A stretch of DNA of 64,000 bases from the NCBI GenBank assembly GCA_965218095.1, contig OZ244587.1, forward strand, positions 5,408,001-5,472,000. Reading direction: 5' to 3'. The notes beneath the pieces are model-generated. The model had not been told where the DNA came from. It saw nothing but the letters and a program-made list of their open reading frames with translations, and ran no database searches. The translations under genes were made by a program, and so were the position numbers. Every line of letters begins with the position of its first letter. The stretch's first letter is position 1. Source of the stretch: Candidatus Poribacteria bacterium (GTDB taxonomy: Bacteria > Poribacteria > WGA-4E > PCPOR2b). This document shows positions 10,167-19,643 of this stretch, one piece after another.

Positions 10167-12053
10167 ATGCAGATTCGGACACTGAAAAATCGAAAAACAT
10201 TACTTATTATCACTGTGGCTGTGTTAGGGTTTTTCGGCGCGTGGCGGATTGGAACAAACGACCTCGCCGCTCAAGATGGGCATGAACACCCTGAAAAGAC
10301 ATCCGACCACGACGACCACGCAGACCACGACGACCACGCAGACCATGATGAGCATGGTGAGCACGACGACCATGAAAAGCATGATGAACATAAAGATGTG
10401 GTCATGCTCTCGGACGCCGATATGAAAAAGTTCGGCATCGAAGTCGCTACGGCGAGCGCGGGGAAACTCCCGGTGGACATCAGCCTGCCCGGCGAAGTCA
10501 CCGTCAATGAAGACCGCATCGCCCACGTCACGCCGCGTGTGCCCGGTGTTGTGCGCGAAGTAAGAAAGACGCTCGGCGATTGTGTTCATGCCGGGGAGAT
10601 CATGGCAATTCTCGATAGCCCGGAGATGGGGGAAGCGCAAGTGGCATACCTCGGTACGAAAGCGGATCTTGATGTTGCCAGAGCGAACGTCAATCTGGCG
10701 GAAACCAAACTTCAGGTCGCCAAAGCACAGCGCGATGTTGCCCGGATACAGGTGGAGGTCACTCAAACCGACTACGATCTTGCCGTCACCCATGTTGCAA
10801 CGGCAAAGACAACCGCTGATGTGAAGCGGGTGGAAGCGAAGATCACAGAGACCGACTATCAGTGGGGTGAAACGGTGCACGACAATACAGGTGAACTCCT
10901 CAAACAGCTTGCGGAAAGCCCGACAATCAACGAAATCGCCATTGCCTTCAAAGGCAAACCGATTGGTGAAAATCGGAAACACATTCTCCAAGCGTATGCC
11001 GAGTTGAATTTTGCCGACGCCGCTTACGATCGGGAGGAGACGCTTCATAAGAAGGGGATTTCCAGCGAGTTTGACTACCTTGAAGCGCAGAAAGGTTACA
11101 CCATCGCGAAAGCGGCGTTTGAAGCCATCACCGAAGAACTGGCGTTCCAGAATCGGTTGGCTTTGATGGAAAAGAAACGGGCGGTTGATGCCGCAATGCG
11201 TGATGTCCAAGAAGCCGGACAGACGCTCAAGTCCGCTAACGGTGCGGTGAAGTCCGCCGCAAGTGTAGTGAACGCCGCCGAAAGTGCGTTGCAAGCGGCG
11301 GAGATGGAAATCCGTGTTGCCGAGCAAGATCTGAAGGTTGCACGGCAGACGCTTGAAGTTGCACGCTTGAAGCTGTGGGCGGCTGAACGGAAACTCTATA
11401 TCTTGGGGTTGGGCGATGACGAAATCGCGGCATTGAATGATATTCCCTCTAATGGGCATCCCGACGTGACCCGGTCCGTGATGTATGCACCGTTTGATGG
11501 CGTCGTTGTCGAAAAACATATCGTCCTCGGCGAAGCCTTAAAGGACGATAGTGAAGCCTTTGTGGTTGCCGATCTGTCTTCGGTGTGGATCAAGATCAAC
11601 GTTTACCAGAAAGATCTGCTCGTTGTGCGGAAAGGGCTCCTTGTTGTGCTTTCCGCCGGACACGGTATTCCCACGGCAAGGGAAAAGATCGCTTGGGTGG
11701 GTCCACTGCTCGATGAGCATACCCGAACCGCGCTGGGGCGAGTTGTGCTCCCAAACCCCGATGGTCACTGGCGTCCGGGACTGTTCGTCACCGCGAAAAT
11801 TGCGGTCGATGAAATCGACGTGCCTCTGCTTGTTCCCAAAGCCGCCCTTCAGACCGTCGAGGACCGGCTCTCCGTTTTCGTCCAGACCGATGAAGGCTTT
11901 GCGCCGCGCCCTGTCACGCTTGGGCGAAGTACCGAAACCTATGCTGAGGTGACAAAGGGATTGCAACCGGGGCAACGGTATGTGACAAAAGGTGCGTTTA
12001 CGCTGAAAGCCGAATTGGTCAAAGGATCTTTTGGTGACGGACACGTTCATTGA
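10167..12053 (+). CDS. czcB: RND periplasmic adaptor (CzcB-like) with His/Asp-rich N-terminus and long coiled-coil insertion
   Basis: DHDDHADH repeats; 'APFDGVVVEK', 'WRPGLFV', 'GL.PG'. Confidence 0.85.
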   Translation: MQIRTLKNRKTLLIITVAVLGFFGAWRIGTNDLAAQDGHEHPEKTSDHDDHADHDDHADHDEHGEHDDHEKHDEHKDVVMLSDADMKKFGIEVATASAGKLPVDISLPGEVTVNEDRIAHVTPRVPGVVREVRKTLGDCVHAGEIMAILDSPEMGEAQVAYLGTKADLDVARANVNLAETKLQVAKAQRDVARIQVEVTQTDYDLAVTHVATAKTTADVKRVEAKITETDYQWGETVHDNTGELLKQLAESPTINEIAIAFKGKPIGENRKHILQAYAELNFADAAYDREETLHKKGISSEFDYLEAQKGYTIAKAAFEAITEELAFQNRLALMEKKRAVDAAMRDVQEAGQTLKSANGAVKSAASVVNAAESALQAAEMEIRVAEQDLKVARQTLEVARLKLWAAERKLYILGLGDDEIAALNDIPSNGHPDVTRSVMYAPFDGVVVEKHIVLGEALKDDSEAFVVADLSSVWIKINVYQKDLLVVRKGLLVVLSAGHGIPTAREKIAWVGPLLDEHTRTALGRVVLPNPDGHWRPGLFVTAKIAVDEIDVPLLVPKAALQTVEDRLSVFVQTDEGFAPRPVTLGRSTETYAEVTKGLQPGQRYVTKGAFTLKAELVKGSFGDGHVH

Positions 12054-12075
12054 AACGTGAAACGTGATGCGTGAA
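12051..12075 (+). repeat. Heptamer tandem repeat (TGAAACG)n
   Basis: TGAAACG TGAAACG TGATGCG TGAA. Confidence 0.7.
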
Positions 12076-12095
12076 GGATTTAGGGAGGGAAGAAG

Positions 12096-12558
12096 ATGAA
12101 TTATAAGGATTGGGAAGTAGACGTGCCTGCGGTGCTCAAGAGTGATTCGTTGTGGAAGATGGAGGCATATCGGCAGACGTTGTTTGCTGCTGATTTGGGC
12201 TGGCATGACGTGACGAAGCTGATGAAAGATCGGCGAACAATTGGACTGTCAGATCAATTGTACCGTGCCTTGGGGTCAGTCAGTGCAAATATCGCCGAAG
12301 GCTATTCTCGTGGTACGCGCAAAGACCGAGCACGTTTTTACGAATACGCCCTCGGCTCGGCGCGAGAGAGTCGAGGATGGTACTACAAGGCAAGACATCT
12401 TCTTGGAGAAGTTGTTGCACCGTTTGGAATTGCTTACCATTATCATCCGGCTTCTGTTGAAGATGATTCCACAACATCGAGATGGCACAATCCGCGAATC
12501 TGAAGCCACATACAACACTGATAGCCGAGATATTTTCACTACCGTTCCACTGCCATAA
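12096..12558 (+). pseudogene. Four-helix-bundle protein (23S rRNA IVS/Avd-like family), frameshifted near 12415-12420
   Basis: 'DQLYRALGSVSANIAEGYSR', 'FYEYALGSARESRGW'; C-terminus HRLELLTIIIRLL... is in another frame ending at 12558. Confidence 0.75.
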
Positions 12559-12596
12559 TTACGTTTCACGTTTCACGCTTCACGTTTCACGTTTTA
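12559..12596 (-). repeat. Heptamer tandem repeat, inverted relative to 12051
   Basis: TTACGTT TCACGTT TCACGCT TCACGTT TCACGTT. Confidence 0.75.
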
Positions 12597-12600
12597 ACAC

Positions 12601-15600
12601 ATGGAGGCACAAATGCACAAAATCATCGAATTCGCCCTGCATCGCCGCACCCTAATCATCGTCATTGGGATACTGGTCATGGTGGCGGGCTACTACAGTT
12701 ACCGTCAGCTACCCGTCGATGCCTTTCCTGATGTGACACCGGCGTTGGTTCAGGTCTTCACACTCACCGAAGGGCTTGCGCCAGAGGAGGTTGAGCGATA
12801 TGTGACCTACCCGGTCGAGGTTGCCATGAACGGGCTTCCCCATCTCAAGGAGATTCGCTCGGTGTCCAATTTCGGGCTGTCGGTTGTGAATATCTACTTT
12901 AAGGACGGCACGGACATCTACTTCGCCCGGCAGTTGGTGGGTGAAAGACTACAACTCGCCCGCGAGGGGATGCCCGAAGGCTTCGGAGAGCCGGAGATGG
13001 GGCCCATCACGACCGGGCTGGGACAAATTCTCTTTTACTTCGTGGAGGACGAGGACAGGGCTTATGACCTGTTTGAATTGAGAACGATACAGGATTGGCT
13101 CATCAAATTCAATCTTCAAACCGTCCCCGGCGTCACGGAAGTGCTGTCCATCGGCGGAGAGGTCAAGCAATTCCATATCCTCGTTCGTCCCGACGACCTT
13201 CTGCGGTACGACCTGACACTCGACGAAATCGTGGAAACGGTCAAGGCGAACAACGCCAATGTCGGGGCGCAGTTCATCGTAAAAAACTCTGAGGAATACA
13301 TCGTCCGCTCAGTCGGGCTTGCCGAGAAGATTTCCGACCTTGAACAGATTGTGCTGAAATCTAAAGATGGTACGCCGGTGTATCTCAATCAGGTCGCTGA
13401 TGTCACAATTGGCGGGGAAATCCGGCGCGGATTGACAACCATCAACGGTCAAAGCGAGACCGTTGTGGGTATGGTTCTGAAACTCATCGGCGAGAACACC
13501 TCGACCGTTATCCGTGATGTGAAAACACGGATGGAAGCAGTCAACAAGGTGCTGCCGCCCGGAATCGAGGTCAAGACGTACTATGATCAGGCGACACTGA
13601 TTTCTAAATGTGTCAAAACGGTCACCGATGCACTCATTCAGGGGATTATCCTTGTTGCGATTGTCCTTTTGGTATTCATGAGCGGTCTGAGACCGAGTGT
13701 GGTCGTTGCAATCGCCATCCCTTTTTCAATCTTCTTCGCCTTCATTCTGATGAACGCCTTCGGAATTTCAGCGAATCTGATGTCACTCGGCGGGCTTGCG
13801 ATTGCCATTGGCATGATGGTAGACGGTACGATTGTGATGGTGGAAAATGTCGATCGACACCTGCGGATGTCCAACCCGCTGGCGTCACGTCTTCAAGTTG
13901 TTGCGCGTGCCTGCACCGAAGTCGCACGTCCAATTGTCTTTGCGATCTCCATTATTATCATCGTCTTCCTACCGCTGTTTACTTTAGGTGGTGTCGAGGG
14001 GAAAACCTTCCGTCCGCTGGCATACACCGTCGCGCTGGCAATGGGTGGGTCGCTGATTTTCGCGCTATTGATGGCGCCGGTCGCGGCATCGCTTCTTATG
14101 CGGCGACCACGCCAACGCGAAGGCGCAGCGACCGATGGGAATGAAAGCCGAATTGTTCAGTTTTTGGTAATTCCATATCGACCTGTGGTGTGCCTTTTTG
14201 TGCGTTTTCGCTCCTTGGCGGTGGGACTGGCGGTACTGATGCTCGCTGTCGGCGCGATTATCTTTCCGTTTCTTGGCTCGGAGTTCGTTCCCCGCCTCAA
14301 TGAAGGTGACCTGCTGATTCGTGCCACGATGGCCCCGTCGATCTCTTTATTGGACGCCCGTGATACGATTCTCCACCTCGAACGCGATATGCAGGAAAAA
14401 TTTCCAGAGGTGACGCAAATCGTCACACGGGTGGGACGTGGCGAAGTTGGGGCGCACGCCGATCCGGTGAACAATGCGGAGATCTTCATCCGGCTCAAGG
14501 AGCAGCGAGAATGGACCTCGGCAAAAACGCTCGACGAACTTTACGCTAAGATGAGCCACACCTTTGAAGATTTCCCCGGCGTGCAGTTGAATTTCAGTCA
14601 ACCCATCGCCATCGCCGTTGATGAACTCTTGACCGGCGTCAAAGCGGAATTGGCAATCAAAATCTTTGGTCCCGATATGGAGGTGTTGAAAGAAAAAGCC
14701 GCCGAAGTCGAAACGGTCATTCGCACGATAAAGGGCGCGGCAGACGTGCAGAAAGATCAGGTGACTGGCACACCACAGCTTCGTATCACCATCGACCACG
14801 CGGCGATTGCCCGTTATGGGATTAACGTCGAAGATGTGCAGCGTGTCATTCAAACCGCTGTCGGTGGAGAAGAAGCGGGACAGATCTTTGAAGGTATTCG
14901 CCGTTTTGATATTCTGGTTCGCTACACGCCTGAGAGCCGCCGCAGTCTGGAGACTATCGGCCATATCTTGATTTCGGCGCCAGATGGCGTGAAAGTACCG
15001 CTTGATGAATTGACAACGATCGAAGATATTGTCGGTCCGCGCCAAATCACGCGGGAGAACAACCAACGGTTCATCACGGTGCAGACCAATGTTCGCGGCA
15101 GGGACATCGGCTCTTTTGTCGAAGAGGCACAAGAAGCCATTGACGCAAGCGTTCAGTTTCCGCCCGGCTATCTTGTAAGTTGGGGCGGTCAGTTTGAACT
15201 CCAACAGGAAGCGAATAAACGGCTGTCCCTTGTTGTCCCAATAACGCTACTCATCGTCTTTCTGCTACTGTTTTCGAGTTTCAACTCCCTGAAGAATGCG
15301 TTGCTAATTATCCTCAACATTCCATTGGCGTTAGTCGGGGGTGTCGTTGGACTCTGGCTGACAGGGCAGAATCTCTCCGTGCCTGCCTCTGTCGGATTCA
15401 TCGCCCTGTTCGGCATAGCGCTGGAGAACGGCATGGTGCTGGTCACCTATCTTAACCTGCTTCTCCGCGATGGTACCCCAATGGATGAGGCATCGGTGGA
15501 GGGGGCGTGTCAACGACTCAGACCTGTATTGATGACTGCGATTACTACCACGCTGGGGCTGATTCCGCTGTTAGTTTCACAAGGCACTGGCAGCGAGGTG

Positions 15601-15732
15601 CAGCGTCCGTTGGCGACGGTGGTCGTCGGGGGTTTGGTCACATCAACCATTCTGACATTGTTGGTGATTCCCGCACTTTATAAGTGGTTCTCCGTTCGGA
15701 TTGAGCCGGAAGCCGTATCCGCAGCCAATTAG
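12601..15732 (+). CDS. czcA: CusA/CzcA heavy-metal RND permease
   Basis: 'DAFPDVT', 'MSLGGLAIAIGMMVD', 'RLRPVLMT', 'GSEVQRPLATVVVGGL'. Confidence 0.95.
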   Translation: MEAQMHKIIEFALHRRTLIIVIGILVMVAGYYSYRQLPVDAFPDVTPALVQVFTLTEGLAPEEVERYVTYPVEVAMNGLPHLKEIRSVSNFGLSVVNIYFKDGTDIYFARQLVGERLQLAREGMPEGFGEPEMGPITTGLGQILFYFVEDEDRAYDLFELRTIQDWLIKFNLQTVPGVTEVLSIGGEVKQFHILVRPDDLLRYDLTLDEIVETVKANNANVGAQFIVKNSEEYIVRSVGLAEKISDLEQIVLKSKDGTPVYLNQVADVTIGGEIRRGLTTINGQSETVVGMVLKLIGENTSTVIRDVKTRMEAVNKVLPPGIEVKTYYDQATLISKCVKTVTDALIQGIILVAIVLLVFMSGLRPSVVVAIAIPFSIFFAFILMNAFGISANLMSLGGLAIAIGMMVDGTIVMVENVDRHLRMSNPLASRLQVVARACTEVARPIVFAISIIIIVFLPLFTLGGVEGKTFRPLAYTVALAMGGSLIFALLMAPVAASLLMRRPRQREGAATDGNESRIVQFLVIPYRPVVCLFVRFRSLAVGLAVLMLAVGAIIFPFLGSEFVPRLNEGDLLIRATMAPSISLLDARDTILHLERDMQEKFPEVTQIVTRVGRGEVGAHADPVNNAEIFIRLKEQREWTSAKTLDELYAKMSHTFEDFPGVQLNFSQPIAIAVDELLTGVKAELAIKIFGPDMEVLKEKAAEVETVIRTIKGAADVQKDQVTGTPQLRITIDHAAIARYGINVEDVQRVIQTAVGGEEAGQIFEGIRRFDILVRYTPESRRSLETIGHILISAPDGVKVPLDELTTIEDIVGPRQITRENNQRFITVQTNVRGRDIGSFVEEAQEAIDASVQFPPGYLVSWGGQFELQQEANKRLSLVVPITLLIVFLLLFSSFNSLKNALLIILNIPLALVGGVVGLWLTGQNLSVPASVGFIALFGIALENGMVLVTYLNLLLRDGTPMDEASVEGACQRLRPVLMTAITTTLGLIPLLVSQGTGSEVQRPLATVVVGGLVTSTILTLLVIPALYKWFSVRIEPEAVSAAN

Positions 15733-15912
15733 GGAATAGGATAACCCACAAGCAGATTCTGGTTTCTCCATACTGTTAGCTCCTCTGCGACGCTCAACCT
15801 GACCGTTGCTTTCCCGACTTTTCCCGGTTCAATTTCCGGATTGAAACTTGAACCTGAGTTATGGTAGACTTTCTTATAACAGATTACTTTGACCCAGTAA
15901 GGAGATGAATCA

Positions 15913-17175
15913 ATGAGCCAAACAATTCACGAAATGATCCGTTCAAAAGCCCAATCCGCCAAAGCCGCCATGCGGAAACTCTCCAGCACATCGGTTGATG
16001 TGCGCAATGGTGCGTTGCTGGCGATGGCAGATAGCATCTTAACGTTCAAGGACAAAATCCAGGAAGCCAATCAGATGGATCTGGAGGAAGGACAAAAAAC
16101 GGGACTCGCCGAACCGCTTATGCAGCGACTGGCATTGGATGAGAAGAAGATTGCGCGGATGGCGGATAATCTGAGGCAGGTTGCTGCCTTGCCAGATCCA
16201 ATTGGAGAGGTCGCACATATTCGGGAGCGGCCCAACGGTCTACAAATAGGGCGCGTCAGTGTCCCAATCGGGGTGGTCGGCGTCATCTATGAATCACGTC
16301 CCGATGTTACCATTGAGGTCTCTGCCTTATGTATCAAGTCCGGCAACGGTGTCATCTTGCGCGGTGGTTCAGAGGCGATTCGTTCTAACATGACACTTGC
16401 CAGCATTCTGAGCGAAACTGCGGAGCGGGAAGGTATAAAGAATGCTGTCCAGTTTGTTGATATTACAGATCGGAAAGCGGTACAAGAGATGATTTCAATG
16501 GCGGATCTGATTGATCTGATTGTCCCACGCGGAAGTCAGGAATTTATCCGTTATATCATGAAAACGTCGGATATACCTGTTGTTGGACATGCGGACGGAA
16601 TCTGCCATGTTTACGTCGATGAGGCGGCTGACATCGATATGGCAGAGGAGATCTGTATCAACGCAAAAATCGGATACAAAGTCGCTGTTTGCAACGCGAT
16701 GGAAACCCTGCTCGTCCACGAGAAGATCGCCCCTGGCTTTCTCCCGTCAATGTGTGAGAAATTCGCCGCCGAAGGAGTTGAACTGCGCGGGTGTGAGCAA
16801 ACGCGAGGGATATGTCCAGACCTCCTCCCTGCTACCGAAGAAGATTGGAGAACAGAATACCTCGATCGCATCCTATCAATTCGAGTCGTCTCAGATTTCG
16901 ACGCAGCGGTGGAGCATATCGAAACCTACGGCTCACACCACTCGGACACGATTGTGACGGAGAACTACACCACAGCGCAACGCTTCCTCAAGGAGGTTGA
17001 CTCGGCGGCGGTCTATGTCAACGCGAGCACCTGCTTCACCGATGGTTACGAATTTGGACTCGGCGCCGAGGTCGGCATCAGCACACAAAAGCTGCACTGC
17101 CGGGGTCCCATGGGGCTTGAGGGGCTGACAAGCTATAAGTACATTATCTACGGGAATGGGCAGGTGCGGACGTAG
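15913..17175 (+). CDS. proA: Glutamate-5-semialdehyde dehydrogenase
   Basis: 'IYESRP', 'VCNAMETLL', 'FGLGAEVGISTQKLH.RGPMGL'. Confidence 0.97.
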   Translation: MSQTIHEMIRSKAQSAKAAMRKLSSTSVDVRNGALLAMADSILTFKDKIQEANQMDLEEGQKTGLAEPLMQRLALDEKKIARMADNLRQVAALPDPIGEVAHIRERPNGLQIGRVSVPIGVVGVIYESRPDVTIEVSALCIKSGNGVILRGGSEAIRSNMTLASILSETAEREGIKNAVQFVDITDRKAVQEMISMADLIDLIVPRGSQEFIRYIMKTSDIPVVGHADGICHVYVDEAADIDMAEEICINAKIGYKVAVCNAMETLLVHEKIAPGFLPSMCEKFAAEGVELRGCEQTRGICPDLLPATEEDWRTEYLDRILSIRVVSDFDAAVEHIETYGSHHSDTIVTENYTTAQRFLKEVDSAAVYVNASTCFTDGYEFGLGAEVGISTQKLHCRGPMGLEGLTSYKYIIYGNGQVRT

Positions 17176-17304
17176 TTAGCTTTCCTTTTTTCGTTCAACA
17201 ATTCATACGGTCTACTAAAGCAAAATTCACAAACGAATCTTGACAATAAAGGTTGAATTATATAAACTTAAGTCTTTAACTGAAGTTATTTCAAGGGGTC
17301 GTCT

Positions 17305-18192
17305 ATGACTGATCGTAACAAGCAAGAACAGGTAGAGACAGAAGTCGCCTACCAGACTTTTTCTGAGTTTCTGCAAAACACTCCCCCGAATCAATTAGGG
17401 TATATATCAGATTTAGCCGTATCACAAAACGTAGGCCCATATCCTAACATTGAAAAGAAAATTAACGCACCTGAATTGAGACTCCACTGTCTGCATGAAT
17501 TGTGCAATGGAGTTCGATTTTTTCGCTGCATCGATCTTCCTGTCGACAGAAAATCTTTAGATCATCGTACTATTAACTTGTATGTTAAGTATCAATGCTC
17601 CAATTGCAAAGAAACACTAAAAGTATATGCTTTGGCGGCGAAAATTGATATAATTGGAAAACTTCACGGGGTGTGTTATAAGTTAGGTGAATTTCCTCCG
17701 TACGGACCGCCTGTTCCGTCAAGACTTATCAAACTAATTGGCCCAGATAGGGATATTTTTCTAAAAGGACGTAGATGCGAGAATCAGGGGCTTGGTATAG
17801 GTGCTTTTGCTTATTATCGACGGGTAGTGGAGAATCAAAAGAATAGAATTTTGGAAGAAATTGTCAAAGTATCGGAGAAAATCGAGGCATCACAGGACAA
17901 AATTAATACATTACGCAAAGCGATTAACGAAACGCAATTTAGCACAGCCCTTAAAATGACAAGGGATGTCATGCCAGACAGCCTACTTATTAATGGTCAG
18001 AATCCAATGCTTTTGTTGCATGGTGCGCTTAGTCAGGGCGTGCATGAATTACCTGATGAGGAATGTCTGGAACTTGCTAGCACTGTTAGGCTCGTTCTAG
18101 GCGAACTGTCTGAAAGATTATCCATCCTCTTAAAAGACAAAGCAGAGTTGACGAAAGCTATATCCACATTAATGCATCATGAAAATAGCTAG
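17305..18192 (+). CDS. Hypothetical Zn-ribbon + DUF4145/HEPN-like protein
   Basis: AT-rich; CxxxxC and CxxC pairs; 'GAFAYYRRVVE'; 'SQGVH'. Stop codon lies in the IS CTAG. Confidence 0.5.
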   Translation: MTDRNKQEQVETEVAYQTFSEFLQNTPPNQLGYISDLAVSQNVGPYPNIEKKINAPELRLHCLHELCNGVRFFRCIDLPVDRKSLDHRTINLYVKYQCSNCKETLKVYALAAKIDIIGKLHGVCYKLGEFPPYGPPVPSRLIKLIGPDRDIFLKGRRCENQGLGIGAFAYYRRVVENQKNRILEEIVKVSEKIEASQDKINTLRKAINETQFSTALKMTRDVMPDSLLINGQNPMLLLHGALSQGVHELPDEECLELASTVRLVLGELSERLSILLKDKAELTKAISTLMHHENS

Positions 18193-19015
18193 GTTCTGTT
18201 GATATTTCATCGTAACCAGAGAATCGTGGCAACGAGACTCAGAAATCCCAAATACCTTACAGCTAATTTATCAAACCGAGAGGAGATACGTCTATATTGC
18301 TTGATTTTGTTGATGAAACATTCCACCAGATGCCTCTGTTGGTATAGATGCACATCATAAGTGCGTGAATCACGGCGGTTGGCACGTGGCGGTATCACCG
18401 GCACTGCACCCCTACGGGTTATCGACTCAATAAATGCCATAGCGTCATATGACGTGTCGGCTATCACATACTCACTGCTATATCCGTCAATCAACGCTTC
18501 AGCACAAATAATGTCGTGCCGTTGACTGGCAGTCAACATAAAACGTAATGGATTGCCTAAGCCATTGACGGCGATGTGAATCTTGGTTGAAAAGCCACCC
18601 CGACTGCGTCCGAGTGCTTGTGAGGCTTGACCCCCACTTGTTTTCAATGCACCCGCAGCACATGGGTGCGCCCGAATGATAGTGGTGTCAATGATGAGCC
18701 ACTCCATATCAGGGTCTTGGACAAAATGGTGGTGCAACCGTTGAAAGATACCTTTATCGCACCATCGAGCGAATCGTTTATAGACGCTGTTCCAGTTGCC
18801 ATAGGTGTCTGGCAGAATCCGCCATTGAGCACCGCTACGGGTCGCCCAGAGAACAGTTTCGATAAAGCGGCGTGTAGAAGCTTCGTTGCCAACATAGATG
18901 GTCGGACAAGTTAGAAGAAACGAGTATATCTTTTTCCATTGGTCATCGGGTAAGGTTATTGGCATCATTCTTCTATTATGCCACAACCTTATACTCAAAT
19001 GTCAACAGAACCTAG
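18189..19015 (-). mobile_element. IS5-family element (IS427-like), copy 1
   Basis: TIRs GTTCTGTTGA(T/C)ATTT flanked by CTAG at both ends. Confidence 0.9.
18207..18968 (-). CDS. IS5 family transposase
   Basis: 'GAQWR.LP', 'IDTT', 'GRSRGGFSTKIH', 'RHLVECFINKIKQYRRI'. Confidence 0.9.
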   Translation of the reverse strand: MMPITLPDDQWKKIYSFLLTCPTIYVGNEASTRRFIETVLWATRSGAQWRILPDTYGNWNSVYKRFARWCDKGIFQRLHHHFVQDPDMEWLIIDTTIIRAHPCAAGALKTSGGQASQALGRSRGGFSTKIHIAVNGLGNPLRFMLTASQRHDIICAEALIDGYSSEYVIADTSYDAMAFIESITRRGAVPVIPPRANRRDSRTYDVHLYQQRHLVECFINKIKQYRRISSRFDKLAVRYLGFLSLVATILWLR

Positions 19016-19472
19016 TGAGGTTGCCGCGGTCAATATCGGAGATCTCAAGGATAATACGCTCACTATCCGGCAGAGCAAAACGGATCAACTCGGCGAGGGA
19101 CGGGTGTTGTTTGTTGGGGATGAGACGGTGCAGGTCATCGAGGAACTTAAAGCGAAAGCGACCATCTCACGCGGGGCTTTGTTCCGCCGGGTGCTGAAGA
19201 ACGGCAAAATGACGACCACACGGCTCACGCCAGAAGCAATCAGAGAGATCGTTAAGAAACGCAGTCAAGGCATTCGAGAAGTCAAAGGTCGGGTGTCGGG
19301 GCACTCGTTACGGGTTGGCTCGGCGGTGTCATTGGCTAGGGGGAATGCGTCGCTAGTGGAAATGCAGGTTGATGGCAGATGGAAGGATTCTCGGATGCCG
19401 TCTCATTATGCAAGCGCAGAAATCGCTCAAAATAGTGCGACGGCGCGGATTAAGTATGGGAAACGGAGGTAA
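19016..19472 (+). pseudogene. Cre-like tyrosine recombinase, C-terminal remnant truncated by IS5
   Basis: 'SKTDQ', 'GHSLRVGSA', 'GRWK..RMPSHY'; N-terminal part absent. Confidence 0.8.
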
Positions 19473-19482
19473 CTGAGAAGAA

Positions 19483-19510
19483 ATATCCGATAAGGGGGCT
19501 TATCGGATAT
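19483..19510. other. Candidate tyrosine-recombinase core site (11-6-11 palindrome)
   Basis: ATATCCGATAA-GGGGGC-TTATCGGATAT. Confidence 0.45.
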
Positions 19511-19643
19511 TCCAGCTACAGCATCCAATAGATTCGTGCGTAACTCCTTTACTTATAAGTTTTTGTTGCTGACATTTTATCAAAATTACACATAAATTAT
19601 AAGCCTAAAACTTTTAATTGGGCAATTTTTGCAGGAGGTCTAA

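Noticed and set aside
10224-11519. 431-aa antisense ORF, and similar long shadow ORFs such as 48021-49013 and 14347-15204
   Set aside because: They lie opposite well-supported genes and have no recognisable motifs
12096-12558. Diversity-generating retroelement (Avd-like gene)
   Set aside because: No reverse transcriptase or TR/VR pair seen
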